NCBI GenBank assembly: GCA_963736225.1
Contig: CAVTOF010000003.1
Coordinates: 249,901-313,900, forward strand
Origin: an uncultured Acidimicrobiaceae bacterium
Lineage (GTDB): Bacteria; Actinomycetota; Acidimicrobiia; Acidimicrobiales; RAAP-2
DNA: 64,000 bases
Reading direction: 5' to 3'
The number at the start of each line of letters is the position of its first letter. The first letter of the stretch is position 1. The translations under genes were made by a program, and so were the position numbers. The notes below the pieces were generated by a model. The model ran no database searches. It had not been told where the DNA came from and was given only the letters and a program-made list of their open reading frames with translations. Below are positions 1 through 8,950 of this stretch, piece after piece.

Positions 1-1319
1 GAGGTCTGGGTCACGACGAGCGCGACCACCGCGACACCTGCCAGCGTGCCGGCCATCCGGGGAAGGCGGCGCCGGGTTGCACCCTCACCGGCCGTCCCGG
101 GCCTCGCGGACGCCAGCCCCACCACACAGCCCCCGAGAATGGCGACCGCCGGCAGCTCCCAGGAAGGGCTGATCGCTCCCGACACGGCGAAGGCCACAGC
201 GGCACCAGCCGCGCACGACGTCAGCACGTTTCGCCGTCGGCAACCCCAGGCGGCCGTCGTGATCGCGCCGGCGAGCAGCACGGCGCCGACGAGCCCGGCA
301 TCGGCCAACACGGTCAGGTAGGTGTCGGGCGTGAGGCCCGGATAGCGGTCGACCGGCTGCGTCGACGCCTCGACGATCGGCGGGCCGACGCCGCCGACGG
401 TGGACGAGCGCCAACTGTGGGCGTCGGCGGTCCAGGCCAGCGTCTGACCCTGACTCGCCGCTTGCACCGGTCCCGAGACGCCCGGTGGTCCGAGCACCAG
501 GACGGCCATCCCCGCCGCCACCACGACGAGGACCGCGACCGTGGCGCTGCTGGCGACGCGCGTCTGCCCCCAGCGGGGCAGGGCACGCAGGCCCGCGCCC
601 GCCGACCAGTGCGACGAGCAGACACGTCGACGGCCACGAGCCCAGATGGCCGGACGCCGCCGCCACGACCACGACGCCCGCCAGGACACCAGTCGCCAGG
701 GGCCACGCGGCGGCGAGCCAGCGCCGGGCTGGGACCAGGTAGGCGCCGGCGACCAACGCCAACAGGGCCCAGTGACTCTGCGTCCCGATGAAGGCGGCCA
801 CCACGACGCACAGTGCTCCCCGGACCACTGGCTGTCGCAGGTCGAGACCAAGTGCCAGCACCGAGCGCGATGCCGAGGAGGGCGGCCGCGGCGGCCGGGT
901 GCGTGAGCGGGGTGGCGAGTTGCCAGAACGAGCCGGCGCGTTGCGCGAGGGGGTCGGACTGCCACACCAGGCCCACGACACCGAGGGCGGCGGTCACGGC
1001 GACGACGCAGACCAACGCCAGCGCGACCCGAGCACGACCCTGATCGTCGAGCGCCTTGATCACGAGCACGGCGGCGAGGAAGCCGAGCATGGACGCGCCC
1101 AACGGCAGGAAGGCGGCTGGGCGATGCACCGCGACGGACCGCACGAACCACCACAGGGCCAGCCCACCCACCGTCGCCGTCAACAGCACGGACACGCGGT
1201 CGCGAGACGCGGGCCAGGGCGAGCACCGAGAGCACAGTCGATACGACGGCCACGCCGAAGGCGTCCGAGGGGTAGAAGGCGCCGCGGCGATAGATGGCGG
1301 CCACCAGCATCCCGACCAC
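1..1319 (-). pseudogene. O-antigen ligase (Wzy_C)-like polytopic membrane protein; its 3' end runs off the window and the frame switches about 3 times as sequenced
   Basis: Membrane-like sequence appears in turn in three minus-strand frames. ORF 314..1639 gives ..LALWWFVRSVAVHRPAAFLPLGASMLGFLAAVLVIKAL... ORF 85..981 gives ..CVVVAAFIGTQSHWALLALVAGAYLV... An unlisted frame open from 1379 to position 1 gives ..PDTYLTVLADAGLVGAVLLAG... IGTQSHWALLAL and TYLTVLADAGLVG resemble Wzy_C core motifs. Breaks lie near 1205, 865 and 600. The start is a guess (GTG 1319 or ATG 1310). Confidence 0.45.
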
Positions 1320-1625
1320 GATGGCGGCAGCGGCGGCCGAGCCCGGACCGAACGGTGGTCCCGGTTCGGGCCGGCGCCGTCACCACCTCGCCGGCGTGTC
1401 GGAGCTGAGGACATCGGTCGCCTCCAGCGAGGCGACGCCGCCGTCAGGCAGATCCGCGGGCAGCTTCGTATCCGTTGTCGACGATGAGCACTGGGCCTCC
1501 CCCCGCCACAGTTTTTCATGAGGCGGGCGCGTCCATCGGGCGGTCGAAGGATCGACAGCGAGGCCGGGCGTCCCGTCAGGCCCTCGCTAAGGTGACCCGA
1601 TCGCACACAGGTCTGCACGGACGCC

Positions 1626-2931
1626 ATGACGCGCCGCACGCTCCTCGGCCTGGTTCTCCTCGTTGCAGGTGCCGCCTGTTACGTCGCCATCGTCCTGGCG
1701 CGTCAGGGGCCACCGCCGGGTGGCGACACGACGCCGCTCACCACCGTCACCTCCGCCCTGGCCTCGGGACAGCTCCACGCCGCCGCCTGCTGAGGACGGG
1801 TTGCCCAACCCGCCCGGCTACCCCCTGCTCACCGCGCCGTTCGTGGCTGCGCTCCCCTCGCTGGTCGGTGCGCCGACGTGGTGTCTCACGCCGGGACGAG
1901 CCGCGACGCTGCACCAACAGAGCTCGTACGCGCACGATCCCAATTTCGCCAGCGACGTCAACGAATGCGGGACGCTCACCCCGTCCGGCGCGAGTGACGT
2001 CTCGCCACCCTGGTACCGCGCCCAGGGTCTGCTCGGCGTGATCGGCTGGCTGGTGCTGGCGGGTGGCGCCTGGTCGCTCCTGCGGGCGGCCGAGGCCGAC
2101 TCCCCGGCGCGGCTCGCTGCGCTGTTCGTCTTCCTGGCCTTCCTGCCCGCCGCAAGCAGTGCCATCGTGCAGCTTTTCCATCCGCAGGACATCGTGAGCC
2201 TGGGGTTCGCCCTGGCCGCCCTGGGCCAGACGATCAAGGGCCGCTGGGTCCTGGCCGGCGCGCTGTTCGGGCTGGCCATCGTGACGAAGCAGTTCGCCAT
2301 CCTCGTGGCGCTGCCCGCCGTGACCGTGGTGCCGGGCGCCGGACCACGCCTGCGCGTCGCGGCCGCGGCTGTCGTGGTGGCGGCCGCCGGCCTCCTCCCG
2401 TTCTTCGTGTCGGCGCCGCGGGCCACCCTCGAGAACTTCAGCGGCTTCAGTGCGGGGGGCGCCGTCTCCGGTGCGACCGTGCTCACGCTCTCGGGGGTCT
2501 CGGGCACGGTGGCGTCCGCGGTGGCCCGCGACGCGCCCGTCCTCTTCGCCGCGGCGATCTGTGTCTGGGCGCTGTCACGGAGCGGGCCGTGGCTGCGCCG
2601 ACCCGACGCACTGGTGGCGCTCTGCCTGGCCTGTGTGAGCGGCCGGCTCGTCTTCGAGTCCGTCGTCTTCCCCTATTACCTTCTCGCGCCCAGCGTCCTC
2701 TTCTTCGTGCTCGATCTCGTCGGCGCCCGCTCCCCCGCCCGCTCGCTCGCCTGGTGTGCCGCAGCGGCGTTCTTCGTGGCGCTGCATCCGGGCAACCACA
2801 GCGTCGCCGCCATCGGGACGCTGATCTTCGCGCTGCTCGCGGTCGCGGCCGGCCTCCTCGACGCGGCGCGGCTCTCCTCGGCCATGCCCGACGCCGGCAC
2901 GCGGCACGCGGTCACACCCGGCGTCGCCTGA
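1626..2931 (+). pseudogene. Polytopic membrane protein resembling GT-C/DUF2029-type glycosyltransferases; one frame break near 1790
   Basis: ATG 1626 opens a short frame encoding a signal anchor (MTRRTLLGLVLLVAGAACYVAIVLA..) that stops near 1791. ORF 1663..2931, in another frame, continues with ..GLPNPPGYPLLTAPFVAALPSL.. and many hydrophobic helices (LFGLAIVTKQFAILVALPA..). The family call is by resemblance only. Confidence 0.5.
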
Positions 2932-2966
2932 CCCGGCGTCGCCCGACGGGCCGTCGCGTGGCCCGA

Positions 2967-3834
2967 CTAGAGCTCGACGACCGCCTCGTCGCCGAAGACG
3001 AGGCCGCGGCGGTCTGCCCTGAGCTCGAGCACGCGGCCGGGCACACCCGAGCGCGCCGAACGCGGCCTCTGCGCCGGCCCGCACCGAGTCCGCCGACGCC
3101 GAGTACACGATGCCGATCAGGCTCGGCCCGGCACCGGACCAGCTCGCCGCGAGCGCGCCGGCCTCGACGAGGGCGGCGAGCAGCGCGCTCGACTCGGGGA
3201 ACAGGGGCGTGCGGGCCGGCTGGTGGATGCGGTCACCGGTCGCCGCGGGCACGAGCGAGGACGGGTCGGCCAGCCCGGCGAGGAGGAGACCCATGCGGCC
3301 GAGGTTGAAGACGGCGTCGGCGCGGCTGAGGCTGTCGGGCAGCACGCCGCGCGCTTCGGGCGTGGCCAGGTCGCGGTCGGGGACGATGACCACGAAGGAC
3401 AGCTCCTCGCTCAGCGGCAGTGGCGCCCGCGCGGGGCTGCCCTCGACGGTGGTGGCAGCGACGAGCCCGCCGAACGTGCTCGCCGCCGCGTTCTCGGGGT
3501 GCCCGTCGTAGGCCGCCGCCACGGCAAAGGGATCGTCGGCGCCGGCGGCGGCGGCCGCCGCGGCGGCGAGAGCGGCTGACGAGCCCAGCCCGCGCGCCAG
3601 GGGGATCTGCGAGCGCACCGTCACCGCGCAACGGTCATGGCCGAGGACCTCGGTGGCGACACGCGCCGCCAGATGTGATGCGTCGTCGAACAGACCGGCC
3701 CCCTCGCCGTGTGTGTGCACCTGGAGTGAGGGCGCCGGCTCGACGTCGACGCTCACGTAACACTCGAGCGCCACCGCCAGCGTGTCGAACCCGGGCCCGA
3801 GGTTGGCCGACGACGCTGGAGCACGTGCGCGCAC
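2967..3834 (-). pseudogene. thrB: Homoserine kinase; one frame break near 3048
   Basis: ANLGPGFDTLAVAL and PLARGLGSSAA are GHMP/homoserine kinase signatures. ORF 2575..3834 becomes Arg-rich after ..AEAAFGALG. Another frame gives a credible C-terminus, GVPGRVLELRADRRGLVFGDEAVVEL, ending at TAG 2967..2969. The span is 868 nt, not a multiple of 3. Confidence 0.85.
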
Positions 3835-3892
3835 GGCGTCAGGCTACGTCAGGCTACGTCAGGCCACGCGGGGGCACGTTGGGCCGCCGAGC

Positions 3893-5227
3893 TCAGAAGA
3901 TCCGCTGGAGTACCGACGGGCGCGGCACGTCGTGCTGCAGCCGGATCGGGACGGTGACGGTCTGCGTGCCGAGCGTCACCACCTCGGCGCCCGCCACCGC
4001 ACCCCGTCGGGCCTGATCGGTGAGCGCGCGCTGGGGAAGGAACGCCCGACGCGCGGTGACCCCGGGCCACGTCAGCATCGTCACCGCCGACGCCGTGGTG
4101 GCGTCGACCGTCTGGCCCGCTTCGGTCACACGGGCGGCAACCGCCCCGTCCGGCACGACCTGGGTGGTGCCGATGAGCGGTCCCAGCGCGTCGACGAGCG
4201 CCAGGCCGTGCAGTCCGGCCTGCGCCAGAGCGAGGCCACCCTGTTGGCCGGTGACCGCGGCCAACAGCAATACCTGCTGGCCGTGCACGGAACGGATGAC
4301 CGCGATCACGTCGCAGCCACCGGCTTCCGTCGTGTAGCCCGACTTCACGCCGAGCACACCCTGGATCCCGAGCAACGGCGTGTAGGTCGAGATCGTGCCG
4401 GCCACCGGGAGGGTCACCGAGGGCAACTTGACGAATCCGGCGAAGGCCGGGTCTGCCATGTCGGGTGCCGCCACCTTGAGCAGGTCCGAGGCGGTGGAGA
4501 CCGACGCGGGATTCACGCCGCTGGCGTCGGCGAAATGCGACTGCGTCATGCCGAGCGATGCCGCCTCGGCGTTCATCTTGGCCACGAAGGCGGGAATGCT
4601 GCCGGCGTCCCAGCGCGCCAGGAGGTCGGCGTAGTTGTCGGCCGAGTGCACCAGCAGGCCGCCCATCACCTGCGCTTCGGTGATCTGCTCGCCCAGCGTC
4701 ACCTCTGCGTTGGAGTCGTCGTCGACCGTGTCGTTGTCGTAGTCGTCGACGTCGGCCTGGCTCACCGTGATGGTCGGACCCGGCTGACCCGGCTCCAGCG
4801 GATGGTCGTGGAGGATCACATACGCCGTCATGAGCTTGGTCAGGCTGGCCACCGGCGCCGGCTTCTCGGGGCCCGACGCCTCGTCGATGCCGATGGCCGG
4901 GACCGCAATCGCGCCCTGCCCCGCGTTGGGCCAGGGCAGTGGGATCGACCGCGACGACACCGACACCGTCCGGGCCAGCACCGGCGTGACCGCCGGCGCG
5001 GGATCGGTGGCATGGAGCCGGACGGCCACGAAGGCACCGGCTGCGGCGATCAGGAGGAGGAACACCACCAGCACGACGATGCCCCGACGCCCTCGTCGCC
5101 GATGGGAACGAGCGGAATGGCGCCCGCGGTCGCGCTGTGGTGGGCGCCCCGATGCGGTGGGGGGCTCACGCAAGGAGTCGAGCCGGAACGGGGCCACCAT
5201 GAGTGGCGCCTCGGCGTCGGGGCTCAC
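3893..5227 (-). CDS. D-alanyl-D-alanine carboxypeptidase (serine-type, peptidase S11 / PBP5-like)
   Basis: SxxK (ASLTKLMT), SxN (HSADN) and KSG (GVKSGYT) motifs follow an N-terminal membrane anchor. The start overlaps the ftsK stop by 4 nt. Confidence 0.85.
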   Translation of the reverse strand: MSPDAEAPLMVAPFRLDSLREPPTASGRPPQRDRGRHSARSHRRRGRRGIVVLVVFLLLIAAAGAFVAVRLHATDPAPAVTPVLARTVSVSSRSIPLPWPNAGQGAIAVPAIGIDEASGPEKPAPVASLTKLMTAYVILHDHPLEPGQPGPTITVSQADVDDYDNDTVDDDSNAEVTLGEQITEAQVMGGLLVHSADNYADLLARWDAGSIPAFVAKMNAEAASLGMTQSHFADASGVNPASVSTASDLLKVAAPDMADPAFAGFVKLPSVTLPVAGTISTYTPLLGIQGVLGVKSGYTTEAGGCDVIAVIRSVHGQQVLLLAAVTGQQGGLALAQAGLHGLALVDALGPLIGTTQVVPDGAVAARVTEAGQTVDATTASAVTMLTWPGVTARRAFLPQRALTDQARRGAVAGAEVVTLGTQTVTVPIRLQHDVPRPSVLQRIF

Positions 5228-7563
5228 CGCCGGTTCAGAGCGTCGAGCTCCTCGGGCGTCATGAGCACCGCCCGCGCCTTGGAGCCCTCGCTCGGTCCGA
5301 CGACACCGGCCTGCTCGAGCAGGTCCATGAGGCGCCCGGCCCGGGCGAATCCCACCCGCAGCTTGCGCTGCAACATGGACGTGGAGCCCAGTTGCGAGCG
5401 CACCACGAGGTCGCGAGCCTGCGTCAGGTATTCGTCGTCGTCGTCGTCGACGCCGTCGCGACCCAGCGGGCCGTCGTCGATCCCCTCGATCCCCACGATC
5501 GCCTCGGTCTGCCCGCCCTGGGAGCGCCAGTGCTGCACGACGTCGCGCACTTCCTCTTCGGAGACCCAGGGAGCCTGGAGTCGCCGCGAGATGTTGGAGG
5601 ACGCCGTGAGCAACAACATGTCCCCCTTGCCGATCAAGCGCTCGGCGCCGGGCTGGTCCAGGATCACGCGGCTGTCGGCCAGCGACGAGACCGAGAAGGC
5701 CATGCGGCTCGGGATGTTGGCCTTGATCACGCCCGTGATCACGTCGACCGACGGACGCTGCGTGGCGATCACCAGGTGGATGCCGACGGCACGGGCCATC
5801 TGGGCGATGCGCACGATGGAGTCCTCGACGTCGCGCGCCGCGACCATCATCAGGTCGTTGAGCTCGTCGACGACGACGAGGATGAACGGAAGCGTCTGCG
5901 GGGCCTCCGCCTCGTCATCGACACCGGCGTCGTCCTCCACCGCCGGATGGTCCTCACCGAGCGCCTTGGCCGCGGCGTCGCGGCTGCGCCGGCGATCTGA
6001 GGGCGGGGTGGCGATCCGCCCTTCCTCCACCAGCTGGTTGTAGCCGGTGATGTCACGCACACCGTTCTCCGCCAGGATGTCGTAGCGCCGCTCCATCTCC
6101 TTGACCGCCCACGCCAGGGCGTTGGCGGCCTTCTTCGGGTCGACGACCACCGGATTGAGGAGGTGGGGCAACCCGTCGTACTGGCCCAGCTCGACGCGCT
6201 TGGGGTCGACCAGGATCAGCTTCACCTTGTCGGGCGTGTCGCGCATGAGCACCGACGTGATGATCGAGTTCATGCACGAGGACTTGCCCGACCCGGTCGA
6301 ACCCGAGATCAGGATGTGCGGCATCTCGGCCAGGTTGGCCATGACGGCGCGCCCGGCGATGTCGCGCCCCATGGCGACCTCGAGTGGATGGCCGCTGCCG
6401 CTGCGCGCCTCGCGGGACTCGAGGATGTCGCGCAGCGAGACGAGCTGGCGTGTCCGGTTCGGGACCTCGACGCCGATGGCCGACTTGCCCGGGATGGGTG
6501 CGAGGATGCGCACGTCGGGGGACGCCATGGCGTAGGCGATGTCTTTGGAGAGGCTGGTGACACGGGCGACCTTGACGCCAGGGCCGAGCTCGATCTCATA
6601 CCGTGTGACGGTCGGGCCCACCCGGCACCCCACGAGGCGGGTCTCCACGCCGTGCGCCGCCAGCGCGCGCACGAGCTCCTCGCCGGCGGCGTCGATCTGG
6701 CGCTGGTCCTGGCGCATCTTCTTCGACTGGTGGAGCAGGCTCATCTTGGGCAGCGTCCACTCGCCGGGCCCCCGGGACGACGCGGCAACCGCCGGCAGCG
6801 GCAGGTCCGCTTCGGGCTCGGGCGCCGCCTCGGACTCGGGCTCGGGGTCGAGCGGGATGTCGATGTCGGTGTCGTCCTCGTCGCTGGGAGGTTCGTCCGA
6901 AGGGTGGCCGGCCTCGGAGACCAGGTCGTCGGGATCCGGCGAGGTCTCGCCCAGATGGGTCGTCGAGTTTTCGGGCACGATGACGAACGGCTTGCCGCGC
7001 CACAACTCGGCCGCGGCGCGGCCGGTGGCCACGGCGCCGGTGCGCAGGCCCCGGCCGACCGAAGCGAGGGAGGCACCGGTCGCCACCAGGATCGCCACCA
7101 CGACGACGGCGACCAGCAGCACGGTGGCGCCGGCGCTGCCGAGGCCGGCATGGAGCGGGCGGCCCACCACCGCGCCGAGATAGCCCCCGCCCTGGCGCAG
7201 TGCCTGCGAATCGGAGAGGCGCGGCGCACCCTTTGCCAGCTCGGCCAGCCCGCACACGCCGAGGAGCCCCAGCACGATCCCGACGCCGAGGCGCCAGGGG
7301 TCCGCGCCCTCGCCGGTGTGCTCTTCGTCTTCGTCGCGTGGCCGGCGGTCGAACAACAAGGCGCACCCTGCGCCCACGGCGACCAACGGGAGGAGGACGC
7401 GGGCCCAGCCCGCCAGCAGCGCCAGCCCCGTGTTGGCATCGTGCCCGACCGGGCCGAGCTGTTGGCCCCATAGCGCCAGCGCCAGGAGGACGCCGAGCGT
7501 GATCAGTCCGACCGCCCACAGGTCGCGCGCCTGGACCCGCCAGAACGGCGGCCGCTGCGGCAC
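5224..7563 (-). CDS. ftsK: DNA translocase FtsK/SpoIIIE
   Basis: N-terminal TM helices, a Pro/Asp/Glu linker, Walker A GSTGSGKSS, and a C-terminal gamma domain (LGSTSMLQRKLRVGFARAGRLMDLLE). The N-terminus may extend to about 7666..7708 in another frame (see finding). Confidence 0.93.
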   Translation of the reverse strand: MPQRPPFWRVQARDLWAVGLITLGVLLALALWGQQLGPVGHDANTGLALLAGWARVLLPLVAVGAGCALLFDRRPRDEDEEHTGEGADPWRLGVGIVLGLLGVCGLAELAKGAPRLSDSQALRQGGGYLGAVVGRPLHAGLGSAGATVLLVAVVVVAILVATGASLASVGRGLRTGAVATGRAAAELWRGKPFVIVPENSTTHLGETSPDPDDLVSEAGHPSDEPPSDEDDTDIDIPLDPEPESEAAPEPEADLPLPAVAASSRGPGEWTLPKMSLLHQSKKMRQDQRQIDAAGEELVRALAAHGVETRLVGCRVGPTVTRYEIELGPGVKVARVTSLSKDIAYAMASPDVRILAPIPGKSAIGVEVPNRTRQLVSLRDILESREARSGSGHPLEVAMGRDIAGRAVMANLAEMPHILISGSTGSGKSSCMNSIITSVLMRDTPDKVKLILVDPKRVELGQYDGLPHLLNPVVVDPKKAANALAWAVKEMERRYDILAENGVRDITGYNQLVEEGRIATPPSDRRRSRDAAAKALGEDHPAVEDDAGVDDEAEAPQTLPFILVVVDELNDLMMVAARDVEDSIVRIAQMARAVGIHLVIATQRPSVDVITGVIKANIPSRMAFSVSSLADSRVILDQPGAERLIGKGDMLLLTASSNISRRLQAPWVSEEEVRDVVQHWRSQGGQTEAIVGIEGIDDGPLGRDGVDDDDDEYLTQARDLVVRSQLGSTSMLQRKLRVGFARAGRLMDLLEQAGVVGPSEGSKARAVLMTPEELDALNRR

Positions 7564-7747
7564 CGACCGCTTCGGTGCCGCCCGCTTGGCCGCGCGAGGC
7601 GGGCTTCTTGGAGGAAGAGCGGGCCGGCGCCCGCGACGGGGCGCTGCGGGTCTTGGTCACCACAGTGGGGCCGAGACTACTGGCTGACCTGGTGATTTTT
7701 GTGGACACCCCGACCCCAGGTGCGCCCGCTGTGGACCCCGTTGTTTG

Positions 7748-7763
7748 GCGAACATATGTTCGC
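7748..7763. promoter_or_regulatory. LexA operator (SOS/Cheo box) upstream of the radical-SAM gene
   Basis: GCGAACATATGTTCGC is a perfect 16-nt palindrome. It contains CGAACATATGTTCG (GAAC-N4-GTTC core) and ends 12 nt before ATG 7776. Confidence 0.75.
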
Positions 7764-7775
7764 TATCGTAGCCCC

Positions 7776-8877
7776 ATGGCACTCCGGTGGACCCTGGCGG
7801 AGAGCGAGGAGAAGGGCACGCTCTTCCCCGACGAGCGGGTGGCCGAGCGCCACGTCGGCAAGGGCGCCTACGCCGGGATGGAGTTCCTCCACGTCAACGC
7901 CCGGTCCATCATCAACACGGTCCCGCCGGAGAGCCTGATGCCCTTCCGCCACACCATCAACCCGTATCGAGGGTGCAGCCACGCCTGCGTGTACTGCTTC
8001 GCGCGGCCGACGCACGACTATCTCGGCCTCGGCATCGGGACCGACTTCGAGCGCAAGATCGTGGTGAAGGTCAACGCGGTCGAGCGGCTGCGCGCCGAGC
8101 TGCGCTCGCCCAAGTGGGGTGGCGACCACATCGCCATGGGCACCAACACCGACCCCTACCAGCACGCGGAGGGCAAGTACCACCTGACCCGCGGCATCGT
8201 CGAGACGTTGTCGGCGCGCGCGCAACCCCTTCAGCATCTTGACCAAGTCGACGCTCATCCTGCGCGACGCTTCGTTGCTCGCCGCCGCGTGCGAGCGCAC
8301 CGACGTCGAGGTGAACTTCTCCATCGGGACGCTCGACCGTGACGTCTGGCAGCTGACCGAGCCGAGCACGCCACCGCCGGACCGGCGGGTGGAAGCCCTC
8401 CGCCGCCTGACCGCCCTCGGCATCCCCTGCGGGGTGTTGGTGGCGCCCGTCCTGCCCGGCCTCTCGGACTCCGAGGACCAACTGCGCGAGGTCGTCGAGG
8501 CCTGCGCCTCGGCCGGCGCGGTGTCCATCGGCGGGGTGGCGCTGCACCTGCGGGGCACGCTGCGCGGGCACTACTTCGACTGGCTCGAGCGCGCCCGGCC
8601 CGATCTGGTCCGGCTGCACCGGGCGCGCTTCGGGCGCGGCGCGTATCAAGACGACGAGGCACGAGGGCGGGTCGAGACCACCGTGCGGGCGGCGGCACAG
8701 CGCTGCGGCGTGACCGGGCGCGAGCGCTACCGAGGCACCAGGAGAAGGGCGGACACGGCGCCGGACGGCGCGACGGATGGGGCGGCCAATGCGGGGGCGG
8801 GTGCGGGGGCGGGTGCCGTCGCCGGCGCGCCGGACGCCGCGCGGACGGAAGCAGGGCAACAGCTCCGCCTCCTCTGA
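7776..8877 (+). pseudogene. Radical SAM protein of the SplB / Rv2578c-family (DNA-repair-photolyase-like) type; frame break inside a (GC)5 run at 8214..8223
   Basis: The CxxxCxxC motif (GCSHACVYCF) lies in ORF 7575..8342, with a plausible start MALRWTL at 7776. The family continues in ORF 8239..8877 (another frame) as ..RNPFSILTKSTLILRD... The switch falls in gcgcgcgcgc. Confidence 0.8.
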
Positions 8878-8950
8878 GCTGCACCGAGTCGGGACGGTGC
8901 CAGCGGGGCGCGCCGTCCGAGCAGGTAGTTCTCCCTACAATCGGTGGCTC

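Noticed and set aside
3782-6043. 753-aa plus-strand ORF, with similar long antisense or alternative-frame ORFs at 10773..12128, 28781..30118, 36163..37473-type frames, 52653..53870 and 60636..62306
   Set aside because: They lie opposite or out of frame to genes with clear family motifs. They are Arg/Gly/His/Pro-rich and low in complexity and carry no recognisable motif. These are the stop-poor shadow frames expected in very GC-rich DNA.
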